A DNA stretch of 64,000 nucleotides from Mobula hypostoma (Eukaryota), in NCBI RefSeq assembly GCF_963921235.1, contig NC_086108.1, positions 6,634,001-6,698,000 on the forward strand, written 5' to 3'. Below, piece by piece: positions 63,748-64,000 of this stretch. Position numbers and translations under genes: made by a program. The stretch's first letter is position 1; each line of letters starts with the position of its first letter. Below the pieces are notes generated by a model. The model was not told the DNA's origin and made no database searches. It was given only the letters and a program-made list of their open reading frames with translations.

Positions 63748-64000
63748 GACATAGGAGCTGAATTATGCCATTCAGCTCTGCATTCCATCATGGCTGATCC
63801 CGGATCCCACTCAACCCCATACACCTACTTTCTCACCATATCCTTTGATGCCCTGACCAATTAGAAAACTATAAACTTCCACCTTAAGTATACCCACAGA
63901 CTTGGCCTTACCCGCACTCTGTGGCAGAGCATTCCACAGATTCAATACTCTTTCGCTAAAAAAATCCCTCCTTACCTCTGTTCTAAAAGGTCACCCCTGA
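63748..64000 (-). mobile_element. CR1 3' end, continuing past the window edge
   Basis: gacataggagctgaattatgccattcagc tail; cattccacagattc (rc of NLWNAL); similar to 39431-39743. Confidence 0.85.

Overview
Eukaryotic, repeat-saturated DNA. The repeat mix (CR1, Rex1/Babar, RTE, Penelope, Tc1) suggests a cartilaginous fish, probably a ray; this is inference. Bases 1-35,474 are one A/C-rich 24/25-bp satellite (consensus CCACTCAACAGTCCGAAACACATC, roughly 1,400+ monomers, 200-N gap at 1864-2063) with nested higher-order periods of about 559 bp, 3.47 kb and 9.57 kb. All ORFs in it are repeat artefacts. Bases 35,475-64,000 are layered transposon remnants: three large CR1 copies (one with an unbroken 648-codon RT frame), a decayed Penelope RT/GIY-YIG element, RTE, Rex1, Tc1, hAT and CACTA-like pieces, and a 21-copy 95-bp minisatellite made from a Rex1 3' end. 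I recognise no host protein-coding gene; the best candidate is a minus-strand exon whose splice donor lies about 13 bp from the satellite. I found no convincing novel enzymatic system. The interest lies in repeat architecture, nested insertions and structured-RNA remnants. Family names come from motif recognition, not database searches.
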